Shown one piece after another: positions 19,947 through 29,711 of a stretch of DNA of 64,000 nt; positions within the stretch are counted from its first letter, which is position 1, and each line of letters begins with the position of its first letter. Both the position numbers and the translations under genes were made by a program. Source of the stretch: Chthonomonadales bacterium (lineage in GTDB: Bacteria; Armatimonadota; Chthonomonadetes; Chthonomonadales; CAJBBX01). A model generated the notes under the pieces. The model was not told where the DNA came from and searched no databases. It saw nothing but the letters and a program-made list of their open reading frames with translations. The stretch spans positions 32,001-96,000 of the forward strand of contig JBMFSQ010000010.1 of the NCBI GenBank assembly GCA_049967475.1, written 5' to 3'.

Positions 19947-20807
19947 ATGCTCATCATCAATCCCTATCCGACCCAAATCACGCGATGGCTGCGCGGCAAT
20001 CTCCATGCACACACCAACCAGAGCGACGGGGTGCTGGAGCCGGCGGAATTGGTTGCCGCCTATGAAGCGCTCGGATACGACTTTCTAGCGGTGTCGGATC
20101 ACGACCGCATCACCCCTTTAGCGGACTTGCGGCCCCGAACACGCATGGTGCTCATCGAGGGCGAGGAAGTGGGCGGCGGCCCTCACACGCTTGCAATCCA
20201 TGTCCATAGCCGTATAGATCCCAGAATGGCACGACAGGACGTGCTTCGCGAGGCGGCCAAACAGGGGGGCATCACGATCCTGAACCATCCCAATTGGGGC
20301 GTCACCTTCAGCCATTGGCCCCATTCGGTCGTGGAAGCCCTCACCGCCTACACAGGCATCGAGATCTACAATGCAGTGATAGACCTGTTGGAGGGTTCGA
20401 GCCTGGCTACAGACCGCTGGGACCGCATCCTCTCTTCGGGCGTACGCGCCTGGGGCTTCGCCAATGACGACGCGCACCACCCAGAAGATATCGGCAGGGC
20501 GTGGATCCAGGTTGCCGCAGAGGAACCAACGGTTCAAGCCATCCTAACGGCGATTCAGTCCGGGAGCTTCTACGCCTCCACGGGCGTCACCATCCAGCAC
20601 CTCGCTGTGGAAGGGCGCACCATCGTCATCCACGCTCTTGATTGCCAGCGCTTCCGCTTTGTAGGACGGCACGGCGCTGTCCGCTCCTTCGCCGATGGCC
20701 CAACGGCCCGCTACACCCCATCCGGGGATGAGGGGTATGTGCGCATCGAGTGTTACGGCTGCGGCGATGCATTCGCTTGGACCCAGCCCTTCTGGATCGA
20801 AGCGTGA
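19947..20807 (+). CDS. PHP-family (CehA/McbA-like) metallohydrolase
   Basis: GNLHAHT..SDG, SDHD, NHP, NDDAH. Confidence 0.85.
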   Translation: MLIINPYPTQITRWLRGNLHAHTNQSDGVLEPAELVAAYEALGYDFLAVSDHDRITPLADLRPRTRMVLIEGEEVGGGPHTLAIHVHSRIDPRMARQDVLREAAKQGGITILNHPNWGVTFSHWPHSVVEALTAYTGIEIYNAVIDLLEGSSLATDRWDRILSSGVRAWGFANDDAHHPEDIGRAWIQVAAEEPTVQAILTAIQSGSFYASTGVTIQHLAVEGRTIVIHALDCQRFRFVGRHGAVRSFADGPTARYTPSGDEGYVRIECYGCGDAFAWTQPFWIEA

Positions 20808-20820
20808 GGCCCGGATCCCC

Positions 20821-21759
20821 ATGCCCGGCACTCTGTACATCGTAGCGACCCCTATCGGAAACCTGAAGGATATCACCCTTCGCGCACTCGAAGTGCTGGC
20901 GAACGTAGAACTGATTGTCGCCGAAGACACCCGGGTCACCCGAAAGCTCCTCAGCCATTACACCATCCACAAACAGATGCTGTCGCTCCATGCATATTCG
21001 CCAGAGGATCGAACACGGGAGATCATCCGGCGGCTCCAGGAGGGGATCAATGTGGCCCTCGTGGCCGACGCCGGCACCCCACTGCTCTCGGATCCAGGCG
21101 CCCTTCTTGCAGCAGAGGCCGCTTCTACCGGCGTGCGGGTCGTTCCGATCCCTGGGCCGAGTGCCATCACGGCAGCGCTCGCCGCGTGCGGCCTCCCCAT
21201 CACGCGGTTTGCCTTCGACGGCTTCCCGCCCCGCCGAAAGGGAGACCGACGCACCTTCTTCCAACGTCTTCGATCCGAAGGGCGCGCCGTCGTACTCTTT
21301 GAAGCCCCAGGCCGCCTCGTCCAAACCCTTGAGGATCTGTACCAAGCCCTCGGCGACCGCGACGTGGCGGTTGCGCGCGAGCTCACCAAGGTCCATGAGG
21401 AGATCTTTCGGGGGTCCCTACCAGACGCTATCGCCCATTTCGCAGCATCCCAGGTTCGCGGCGAGTGCACCATCGTCGTGGCGCCCCCGGTCACGCAACA
21501 GCCGCCTGCGTCCGATGAAGCCGCGGCGCTGACGCAGCTCACCACTAAGCTTGCTGAGGGCGTCACCCTGCGAAGCGCGGTGGACGAGGTGTCCGAGGTC
21601 TTCGGGATCCCCAAGAAGAAGATCTACGCAGCCGCGCTGAACGCACGAAAGGCACGCGCCGGCGGGCTGCGCCGAGAAGTGGAAACGGGCGCCGAAGGCC
21701 CGCCAGTACCCACCGTTGAACCCTGTGAAGCCAGCCATGGAGGGAGCAGAAAAAAATGA
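20821..21759 (+). CDS. rsmI: 16S rRNA (C1402) 2'-O-methyltransferase
   Basis: LYIVATPIGNLKDIT, AEDTR, DAGTP, ARELTKVHEE. Confidence 0.95.
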   Translation: MPGTLYIVATPIGNLKDITLRALEVLANVELIVAEDTRVTRKLLSHYTIHKQMLSLHAYSPEDRTREIIRRLQEGINVALVADAGTPLLSDPGALLAAEAASTGVRVVPIPGPSAITAALAACGLPITRFAFDGFPPRRKGDRRTFFQRLRSEGRAVVLFEAPGRLVQTLEDLYQALGDRDVAVARELTKVHEEIFRGSLPDAIAHFAASQVRGECTIVVAPPVTQQPPASDEAAALTQLTTKLAEGVTLRSAVDEVSEVFGIPKKKIYAAALNARKARAGGLRREVETGAEGPPVPTVEPCEASHGGSRKK

Positions 21760-22727
21760 TCCTCGTTACCGGCGGCGCCGGATATATTGGCAGCCACTAC
21801 GTTCTGTACGAACGTGAGCGTGGTGAAGAAGTAGTCGTTCTAGACAACCTGATCTACGGACACGCCGAGGCAGTGATGGATGCCCACTTGATCGTGGGAG
21901 ATGTGGGAGATCGGCAGCTTTTGGACACGGTTTTTTCCGCGTATCCCATTACGGCGGTGGTTCACTTCGCAGCCTTCGCCTCCGTTCCCGAGTCTGTGGC
22001 TCAACCGCACAAGTACTACGGCAACAATGTAGTGAGCACGTTTACTCTTCTAGAAGCCATGCGGGCGCACAACGTACGCCACCTGGTGTTCTCCTCGTCT
22101 GCGGCAACCTTCGGCAACCCCAGGTACACCCCTATAGACGAAGCCCACCCGCAGAGCCCGATCAACCCATACGGCGAAAGCAAGCAAATGAGTGAACGGA
22201 TGATGGCTGCTTACGATCATGCCTTTGGCCTGCGCTTCGTGTCCCTGCGTTACTTCAATGCAGCCGGAGCCGATCCAAAAGCACGCATCGGCGAGAGCCA
22301 CGACCCCGAGAACCACCTCATCCCCATCATTCTCCAGGTGGCAGCAGGGAAAAGAGAGTGCGTGAATGTCTACGGCACCGACTACGACACGCCCGACGGG
22401 AGCTGCATTAGGGACTATGTGCACATATTGGATCTGGCCCAAGCGCATGCGAGGGCTCTGGACGCATTGCGAGCTGGGGCGCCGAGTGCCTTTTACAATT
22501 TGGGCTCCGAACACGGCTATTCCGTGAGAGAGGTCATTCGGAAGTGCGAACAAGTCACCGGCCGACCCATCAAAGCCGTGGATGCACCGCGGAGGCCCGG
22601 AGATCCGGCCGTCCTGGTTGCCAGTTCCGCCAAAGCCCGGTCGGAACTCGGCTGGCAACCCCGCTTCCAGGATCTGGACGAGATCGTCGAAACTGCGTGG
22701 AACTGGGAGCTTAACCGAAGATATTGA
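21756..22727 (+). CDS. galE: UDP-glucose 4-epimerase
   Basis: VTGGAGYIGSH, SSSAA, YGESK, LRYFNAAGA, IRDYVH. Confidence 0.95.
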   Translation: MILVTGGAGYIGSHYVLYERERGEEVVVLDNLIYGHAEAVMDAHLIVGDVGDRQLLDTVFSAYPITAVVHFAAFASVPESVAQPHKYYGNNVVSTFTLLEAMRAHNVRHLVFSSSAATFGNPRYTPIDEAHPQSPINPYGESKQMSERMMAAYDHAFGLRFVSLRYFNAAGADPKARIGESHDPENHLIPIILQVAAGKRECVNVYGTDYDTPDGSCIRDYVHILDLAQAHARALDALRAGAPSAFYNLGSEHGYSVREVIRKCEQVTGRPIKAVDAPRRPGDPAVLVASSAKARSELGWQPRFQDLDEIVETAWNWELNRRY

Positions 22728-22843
22728 GCCGCTGAATGCAAGGCAGCGCCGTGCATTCAAAACACCGCAATGCGGCACACCTTCCGGCTTGCAGGTTGCA
22801 TGGCAATCAAGCGAAGGCCTAATGCCGTTCAGGGGAGTAAGCG

Positions 22844-23731
22844 ATGAAGGGCATCATCCTAGCGGGAGGAACGGGCAGCCGCTTATATCCCGTTACCTTG
22901 GCTGTGTCCAAACAGCTTCTCCCCGTCTATGACAAGCCCATGATCTACTATCCGCTCTCCACGCTGATGCTCGCCGGCATCCGCGAGGTCCTCATCATTT
23001 CAACGCCGGAGGACTTGCCGGCTTACCGGAGATTGTTGGGTGACGGCAGCCAATATGGCATCTCACTCCAGTATGCGGAGCAGCCTCGGCCTGAAGGTCT
23101 CGCCCAGGCATTCCTCATCGGCGAGCGCTTCGTGCACGGCGGTCCCTCCTGCCTGGTGCTGGGCGACAACATCTTTTACGGTCACGGCCTTTCCGAGATC
23201 CTGCAGCGCTCGGCAAGCCTGTCCGAAGGAGCCCTTATCTTCGGATATTGGGTGCGCGATCCCCAGCGGTACGGCGTCCTCGAGCTGGACGGAAGCGGCA
23301 ACGTAATCTCTATTGAAGAGAAGCCCCAGCACCCCAGATCCAACTATGCCGTCGTCGGGCTATACTTCTATGATGCGGAAGCCGTGGAGATCGCCCGCGG
23401 CCTGCGCCCGTCTGCCCGGGGTGAATTGGAGATCACCGACCTCAACCTGGAGTACCTGCGGCGCGGCAAACTTAGAGCAGAGATCCTCGGCCGAGGCATC
23501 GCGTGGCTGGATACGGGCACTCATTCGTCTCTGTTAGCGGCTGGGAACTTCATCGAGACCATCGAGAAGCGTCAAGGTCTCAAGATTGCATGCCTTGAAG
23601 AGATCGCCTACCTCCAGGGGTATATCACGGCGGATCAGGTGCTGCAACAAGCCCACCGCCTCGGCGCCACTGAATACGCCGGATACCTCAAGCGGCTCGT
23701 AACAGAAGCAGAATGGACACTTCGACAATAG
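22844..23731 (+). CDS. rfbA: Glucose-1-phosphate thymidylyltransferase
   Basis: [34 protein letters not shown]. Confidence 0.97.
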   Translation: MKGIILAGGTGSRLYPVTLAVSKQLLPVYDKPMIYYPLSTLMLAGIREVLIISTPEDLPAYRRLLGDGSQYGISLQYAEQPRPEGLAQAFLIGERFVHGGPSCLVLGDNIFYGHGLSEILQRSASLSEGALIFGYWVRDPQRYGVLELDGSGNVISIEEKPQHPRSNYAVVGLYFYDAEAVEIARGLRPSARGELEITDLNLEYLRRGKLRAEILGRGIAWLDTGTHSSLLAAGNFIETIEKRQGLKIACLEEIAYLQGYITADQVLQQAHRLGATEYAGYLKRLVTEAEWTLRQ

Positions 23732-24171
23732 AGGGTGTGATCGTTCGCCGCCTCCAGCGCCACACGGATGCTCGCGGCTGGCTTACAGAACTGTTCCGGG
23801 AAGACGAGCTTCCCAAGGACTTTCATCCTGCAATGGGATACATCTCGGTGACGCATCCCGGCATGGCCCGAGGTCCCCACGAGCATCGGGAGCAGGCCGA
23901 CCTATTCTGCTTCCTTTCCGGCACCTATCGGCTCCATCTGTGGGAGAACCGGCCCGGGCGGCCCAAGAGATCGGAGGTCTTCACGATCGGCGAAGCCAAC
24001 CCTACCTTCGTGCTCATACCCGCAGGGGTTGTGCACGGATATCGAAATGTCGGCTCACAGGACGCCTTCGTGCTGAACTTTCCCAACCGCCTCTATGCCG
24101 GCTGGGACCGCAGGGAACCCGTAGACGAGATCCGCTACGAAGACAGCGAAAGCGAGTACATCCTGCCATGA
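23713..24171 (+). CDS. rfbC: dTDP-4-dehydrorhamnose 3,5-epimerase family cupin
   Basis: [26 protein letters not shown]; lies between rfbA and rfbB. Confidence 0.85.
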   Translation: MDTSTIEGVIVRRLQRHTDARGWLTELFREDELPKDFHPAMGYISVTHPGMARGPHEHREQADLFCFLSGTYRLHLWENRPGRPKRSEVFTIGEANPTFVLIPAGVVHGYRNVGSQDAFVLNFPNRLYAGWDRREPVDEIRYEDSESEYILP

Positions 24172-25199
24172 GCACGGTTCTCGTCACCGGTGGTGCAGGG
24201 TTCATTGGGTCCCACTTCGTGCAGCATTGGCTCGAGCGCCATCCTGGAGATCGCGTCGTAGTGCTCGATGCCCTTACCTACGCCGGCAACCTCGCGAACC
24301 TTGCGCATGCCCAGCTTTCTCCACAGTTCCGGTTCTATCCCGGGCTCATCCAGGATCCTGTCGCGGTGCGGGGCATCTTTCAAGCCGAGAAGCCCCAATT
24401 CATAGTGAACTTCGCCGCCATGACCCACAATGATCGATCCTTGCTGGACCCTGCAGGGTTCATCCAAACCAATACGGCAGGGGTCAATATCCTCCTGGAA
24501 ACCACGAGAGAGTTCGGAGTGGAACGGTTTCTTCACGTGTCCACCGATGAGGTTTATGGAGAAGCTCTCACAGGCAGCTTCAAAGAGACGGACCCCTTAC
24601 GGCCCCGAACGCCTTATGCAGCCTCCAAAGCCGGCGGCGACCTTCTGGCGCTTGCGCATCACGTTGCCTACGGAACTCCCGTGCTCATCACGCGAGGATC
24701 CAACACCTACGGTCCCCGCCAATACCCGGAAAAGCTCCTTCCGTTTTTCATAACCAGGGCGATCCGGAACAAGAAACTCCCCCTCTATGGAGCCGGCGAT
24801 CAGGTTCGAGAATGGATCCATGTGGAGGACCATTGTCGAGGCATCGCGTGGGTGCTGGAACACGGCACTTCAGGAGAAGTGTATAATCTGGGAGGAGGCA
24901 ACGAATGCACGAACCTCCAGATTACAGAACGCATCCTCTCGGTTCTGAACAAGCCGAGAGATCTCATTTTCCCTATTCCCGATCCTCGAGGAGATGCTCA
25001 CGATCGCCGTTACTCGCTGGATACTTCCAAGCTCAGTGCCTTAGGATGGCGTCCTGAAGTAGATTTTAACCGGGGTTTGGAAGACACAATCCGCTGGTAT
25101 GCGGAGCACGAAGACTGGTGGCGTCCGATCCTCTCTACACCGGAGTATGTACAGTTTGTAACCCGGTTCTACGGCCCGTTTCTTGGAGAGGACCTATAG
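24168..25199 (+). CDS. rfbB: dTDP-glucose 4,6-dehydratase
   Basis: VTGGAGFIGS, LTYAGN, HVSTDEVYG, YAASK, YGPRQYPEK; ATGA overlap with rfbC. Confidence 0.95.
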   Translation: MSTVLVTGGAGFIGSHFVQHWLERHPGDRVVVLDALTYAGNLANLAHAQLSPQFRFYPGLIQDPVAVRGIFQAEKPQFIVNFAAMTHNDRSLLDPAGFIQTNTAGVNILLETTREFGVERFLHVSTDEVYGEALTGSFKETDPLRPRTPYAASKAGGDLLALAHHVAYGTPVLITRGSNTYGPRQYPEKLLPFFITRAIRNKKLPLYGAGDQVREWIHVEDHCRGIAWVLEHGTSGEVYNLGGGNECTNLQITERILSVLNKPRDLIFPIPDPRGDAHDRRYSLDTSKLSALGWRPEVDFNRGLEDTIRWYAEHEDWWRPILSTPEYVQFVTRFYGPFLGEDL

Positions 25200-25246
25200 C
25201 ATTGGACCAATCCAACCGAGATATCGAGCAGAAGGTCCAGGGGAAG

Positions 25247-25744
25247 ATGGGAAGGATCGTGTCCCGGGACGCTCTCGCCGCTGAGTTGGCGGTGAGGCGG
25301 TCCAAGGGCGAGCGCATCGTGTTTACAAACGGGTGCTTCGACATCCTCCACCTGGGTCACGCGCGGTACCTCATGGAGGCACGGGCGCTTGGGGACATTC
25401 TCGTAGTGGGGCTCAACAGCGACGCCTCTGTCCGCATGCTCAAGGGACCTCGTCGCCCCATCGTACCGCAATCGGAACGCGCGGAGATGCTTTGCCACCT
25501 GCGCTGGGTGGATTACGTATGCATCTTCGAGGAGATGCGGCCCAACGCACTCATCGAGGCGGTACGGCCCCACATCCACGTAAAGGGCGGCGATTATCGG
25601 CCCGAGGATCTTCCCGAAGCCGAAGTGGTTCAAAGGTACGGAGGCCGCGTGGTAATCGTCCCCCTCGTCGAAGGACGATCTACCACCAACATCATCAGTC
25701 GGATTGTGGAGGCTCACCCATCGGCGCCCCCTTCCACCCTCTGA
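25247..25744 (+). CDS. rfaE2: Heptose 1-phosphate adenylyltransferase (HldE domain II)
   Basis: FTNGCFDILHLGH, GLNSDASV, KGGDY, STTNII. Confidence 0.92.
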   Translation: MGRIVSRDALAAELAVRRSKGERIVFTNGCFDILHLGHARYLMEARALGDILVVGLNSDASVRMLKGPRRPIVPQSERAEMLCHLRWVDYVCIFEEMRPNALIEAVRPHIHVKGGDYRPEDLPEAEVVQRYGGRVVIVPLVEGRSTTNIISRIVEAHPSAPPSTL

Positions 25745-25862
25745 CCCTTCAGCGGGGCAACCCGTGACCCCCGCATCACGGGCGCTTTCGTCCCCTGGGC
25801 CGGCTGAAGCTTACGGGCGGGTACACTGAACCCGGCGATCTAACGAACGCGTGCAGGAAGGT

Positions 25863-26819
25863 ATGTCCAGGTATCCAGAGTTTGACAACACCCAAATCCA
25901 TTCGGAGCCATTCTCCCAGCGCGTCAGCAAAGTAAGCGTGGAAGATTTCGCTGGCCCTCCCACGGAGGGAAGAAGCTTTCGTGACTGGCTCGCGTCGTTG
26001 CCCCGGATCCTGGCAGGACCCCGCATCGCCGAGATTGCTCGCGCCGTTGTGGAGGCTCGCCGGCGCAACCGGGCTGTCGTGGCAGCGTTGGGCGGCCACG
26101 TCGTCAAGACCGGAGTGTCCCCCGTCCTGATTACGCTTATGGAGCGCGGCTTCGTTACTGCGGCGGCAGTAAACGGAGCGGTAGCCGTGCATGATCTGGA
26201 GATCGCCTTGTTCGGAAAGACCTCCGAGGACGTGGCTGCCGGATTGCGCTCGGGCACCTTTGGAATGGCCAAGGAGACGGCTGCCTTCTACAACGAGGGG
26301 GTTAAGCGCGCCGCCCGGGAACGCCTCGGCCTCGGAGAAACCCTCGGGTTGGCCCTCACAGAGGCGGCGGCCCCCTATATCCATGCAAGCCTATTGGCCG
26401 CAGCGTATAGGCATAAGGTTCCGCTCACAGTGCATGTGGCCATCGGAACGGACATCATCCATATGCATCCCGGAGCGGACGGGGCCGCCTTCGGAGAGGC
26501 ATCCCTTCGGGACTTTCGCATCCTCACCGCCCACATGGAACACCTGGCCCGAGGGGGCGTTCTTATGAACCTCGGCTCCGCAGTCGTCCTTCCGGAAGTG
26601 CTGCTCAAGGCCATTGCTCTTCTCAGAAACTGCCATGGGGATGCCTTCACGGACTTCCTGGGGGTCAACTTCGACTTTATTCAACAGTACCGCTCCAACC
26701 AGCAGGTTGTGATGCGAGTGGAGGCCATCGGCGGGCGGGGCATCGCCATCACCGGGCATCACGAGATCCTTATCCCGTTGCTCGGGCAGGCCGTTCTGGA
26801 AGCCGCTGCCGAAGCATAA
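25863..26819 (+). CDS. Conserved hypothetical protein, deoxyhypusine-synthase-like fold
   Basis: GGHVVKTG, NGAVAVHD, HVAIGTDIIHMHP, GSAVVLPEV, ITGHHEI. Confidence 0.7.
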   Translation: MSRYPEFDNTQIHSEPFSQRVSKVSVEDFAGPPTEGRSFRDWLASLPRILAGPRIAEIARAVVEARRRNRAVVAALGGHVVKTGVSPVLITLMERGFVTAAAVNGAVAVHDLEIALFGKTSEDVAAGLRSGTFGMAKETAAFYNEGVKRAARERLGLGETLGLALTEAAAPYIHASLLAAAYRHKVPLTVHVAIGTDIIHMHPGADGAAFGEASLRDFRILTAHMEHLARGGVLMNLGSAVVLPEVLLKAIALLRNCHGDAFTDFLGVNFDFIQQYRSNQQVVMRVEAIGGRGIAITGHHEILIPLLGQAVLEAAAEA

Positions 26820-26847
26820 TGGGCGCCTCCACATCGCCGGAGCCTCG

Positions 26848-27849
26848 ATGAACGCGGACCGCTATATTGAAATTGTGCGCCAATTCCGCGGCGCCCACGT
26901 AACAGTATTGGGCGACCTCATGATGGACGAGTACCTGTGGGGCCGGGCAACCCGCATCTCGCCTGAGAGCCCCGTCATGGTTGTAGAGGTGGACCGGGAG
27001 ACGCGCGTGCCAGGTGGGGCCGCCAACGTCGTAAACAACCTATTATCCCTAGGTGCCCATGTGCGCGTAATCGGAGTGGTGGGTAACGACGAAGCCGGCG
27101 ATGCCCTTGTAGCAGCCCTCACCGAGAAGGGTGCGGACACCTCCGGCATCATAACCGATCCCTCGCGCCCCACTACCCGCAAGACGCGCGTTGTGGCCCA
27201 CAACCAACAGGTTTTGCGCGTAGACCGTGAGCGTGCCCAGCCGATTTCAGAAGGTACCGCCGAAGCCATCCACGCCCGGTTGAACGAGTGTGCTGCTTCA
27301 CCAGCCATCCTTATTTCCGATTATAACAAAGGGGTTCTCACAGCGAGTGTCGCGCGCGCAGTACGGCACTTGGCGCTTCGCCGGAGCATTCTCACTACGG
27401 CAAACCCAAAGCCTGCCAATGTCCATCTGCTGGAAGGATTGGATTTGGTTTCCCTCAACCGAAGCGAGGCCGAGGCGCTGAAAGGCCCCGGATCCTTCGC
27501 ACGCACAGAGGCGCTTTGGAGTTCCGGCGAAGATCTCCGCTGCCGGCTCGGTATCCGCACTCTGGTCGTGACGCTGGGCCCGGATGGGCTTGCCCTCTTC
27601 CATACATCCGGCGCCGAACATGTGCCGGCCCATCCCGTAGAGGTATTCGATGTAGCTGGAGCTGGGGACACCGTCATCAGCACCCTCACCCTCGCACTCG
27701 TTTGCGGCGCGACGCTAAGAGAAGCAGCCGTCCTCGCCAATCATGCGGCTTCATGCGTCGTGCGCAAGGTCGGCGTCGCGACCGTCACTCCCGGCGAGTT
27801 GATCGCAGACTGGACGGGCGACCCGGATCCCGGACCCAAGGAGGCATAG
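26848..27849 (+). CDS. rfaE1: Heptose 7-phosphate kinase (HldE domain I, PfkB family)
   Basis: GDLMMDEY, RISPESPV, PGGAANV, SDYNKG, DVAGAGDTV. Confidence 0.92.
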   Translation: MNADRYIEIVRQFRGAHVTVLGDLMMDEYLWGRATRISPESPVMVVEVDRETRVPGGAANVVNNLLSLGAHVRVIGVVGNDEAGDALVAALTEKGADTSGIITDPSRPTTRKTRVVAHNQQVLRVDRERAQPISEGTAEAIHARLNECAASPAILISDYNKGVLTASVARAVRHLALRRSILTTANPKPANVHLLEGLDLVSLNRSEAEALKGPGSFARTEALWSSGEDLRCRLGIRTLVVTLGPDGLALFHTSGAEHVPAHPVEVFDVAGAGDTVISTLTLALVCGATLREAAVLANHAASCVVRKVGVATVTPGELIADWTGDPDPGPKEA

Positions 27850-27852
27850 GGC

Positions 27853-28803
27853 GTGAAGCTCCCAGTCACCCAGACGGCTCCAGATACCGGCCGCCCGCTT
27901 TCGCGGCCCGGCGGCGGTATATCTTGGGCTCTCGTGGAAGGACTGCGCCCGAAGCAATGGACCAAGAACGCCTTTGTGTTCGCGGCCCTCGTCTTCACCA
28001 ACAACATCCCCCTTTCGTTCCAAGATCGCCACCGCTGGCACATGCTTGGCCTTACCATGGGGGCATTCGTTCTGTTTTGCATGGTGTCGGGTGCCGTATA
28101 CCTTTTGAACGATGTAGCAGATCGCGACCAAGACCGCGTCCATCCGCAGAAGCGCCACCGACCCGTGGCATCCGGAAGGCTCCCCGTGGGCGTAGCCGTA
28201 TTCTGGGCCGTCCTGCTGGGAGCAGGTGGAATTGCGATCGCCTTTCGCTTGAACCTTCCCTTTGGGCTGATCACGTTGGGGTACTTTGCGCTGCAGCTTG
28301 CTTACACGTTCGTGTTGAAACACGAGGTTCTCATTGATGTGTTTGCAATTGCTGCCGGCTTCGTTCTCCGGGCTGCGGCGGGAGCATTAGCAATCAGCGT
28401 GCCGATTTCCGTTTGGCTCCTTATCTGCACTCTGCAGCTTGCACTCTTCCTGGGTTTCGGCAAGCGCCGCCATGAACTCATTGCGCTTGCGCACGAAGCG
28501 CGCAACCACCGCCGCAACCTCCAGCATTACACGGTCAATCTGCTGGACCAGATGATGGCCATCGTGTTGGCGGCCCTGGTGGTCTGCTACGCGATCTACA
28601 CCATCATGTCGCCCACAGCATCGCAGCATCCACTCCTCGTAATTACCTTGGTGAATGTGTTGTATGGTGTTTTCCGGTATCTTTACCTGGTTCAGGTGGA
28701 ACACAAGGGCGGTTCCCCCGAGGCGATCCTCATGGAGGATCGCCCTATGCAGATTAATCTGCTCGCCTGGATTGCGGAAGTTCTCGTTTCATTCAAGGTA
28801 TAG
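27853..28803 (+). CDS. Polyprenyl-phosphate phosphoribosyltransferase (UbiA family)
   Basis: LRPKQWTKN, YLLND..D...DRVHP.KR.RP.ASG, GFVLRA, FGKRRHE. Confidence 0.88.
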   Translation: MKLPVTQTAPDTGRPLSRPGGGISWALVEGLRPKQWTKNAFVFAALVFTNNIPLSFQDRHRWHMLGLTMGAFVLFCMVSGAVYLLNDVADRDQDRVHPQKRHRPVASGRLPVGVAVFWAVLLGAGGIAIAFRLNLPFGLITLGYFALQLAYTFVLKHEVLIDVFAIAAGFVLRAAAGALAISVPISVWLLICTLQLALFLGFGKRRHELIALAHEARNHRRNLQHYTVNLLDQMMAIVLAALVVCYAIYTIMSPTASQHPLLVITLVNVLYGVFRYLYLVQVEHKGGSPEAILMEDRPMQINLLAWIAEVLVSFKV

Positions 28804-28820
28804 ATGCGGATCCAAGCGCC

Positions 28821-29711
28821 ATGAGAGTATTGGTAACAGGATCAGGAGGAATGCTCGGAAGGGAAGTGTGCACCGCACTGCTTCGGCGCGGGTACGAGGT
28901 TGTGCCGGCCGGGCTGCGGCGCGGGGAAGTTTTGCAAGATCTTGCCGAAATCGAGGGCACGGTGCGTATGGTGCAGGCAGCACAACCCGACGTAGTAATC
29001 CATTGCGCTGCCTACACCGACGTAGATGGGGCCGAGGAGGATCCCGCCACCGCATTCCGCGTGAACGCAACAGGCACGTGGAACCTTGCCATCGCCTGCT
29101 GCCGAAAAGATGTGCCGCTCTGCGCAATCAGCACCGATTTCGTCTTCGACGGCCTCAAGCCGGACCCCTATACGGAATGGGACGAACCGCGCCCCATCAA
29201 CGTATACGGCGCGTCTAAGCTCGCAGCCGAGCGCGCCATTCGAGAGGTATGGCCCAAACACTGGATCGTGCGCACAGCCTGGCTCTACGGCGTACACGGC
29301 CGATGCTTCCCAGAAGCCGTCCTTGCCGCCGCGGAACGCGAGCATACCCTGAACGTGGTGGCCGACCAAACCGGTTCTCCTACGTACGCCGGCGACCTGG
29401 CCGCCGCTCTGGCAGCATTGATCTCCACACCTTACTTTGGCACGTACCACATTGCGAACTCCGGACGGGCAACGCGCTACGAATTTGCCAAGGCCATTCT
29501 TCAAATGGCGCATGGAGCATCCGCGGCAGTACATCCCATCGTGTCTTCCGACCGCCCGAGCCCTGCGCGGCGGCCGCGAAACTCGGCTTTGGCCTCGGCG
29601 CGGGAGGAAGTGCCGGGATACGGCCCCATGCGCCCATGGCCCCAAGCCCTTGCCGAGTACATCCGCGAGCGTGCACACTCCAAGAACGGAGAGGATCCCC
29701 GTTGTTGCTGA
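28821..29711 (+). CDS. rfbD: dTDP-4-dehydrorhamnose reductase
   Basis: VTGSGGMLG, AAYTDVD, ISTDFVFDG, YGASK, DQTGSPT. Confidence 0.95.
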   Translation: MRVLVTGSGGMLGREVCTALLRRGYEVVPAGLRRGEVLQDLAEIEGTVRMVQAAQPDVVIHCAAYTDVDGAEEDPATAFRVNATGTWNLAIACCRKDVPLCAISTDFVFDGLKPDPYTEWDEPRPINVYGASKLAAERAIREVWPKHWIVRTAWLYGVHGRCFPEAVLAAAEREHTLNVVADQTGSPTYAGDLAAALAALISTPYFGTYHIANSGRATRYEFAKAILQMAHGASAAVHPIVSSDRPSPARRPRNSALASAREEVPGYGPMRPWPQALAEYIRERAHSKNGEDPRCC

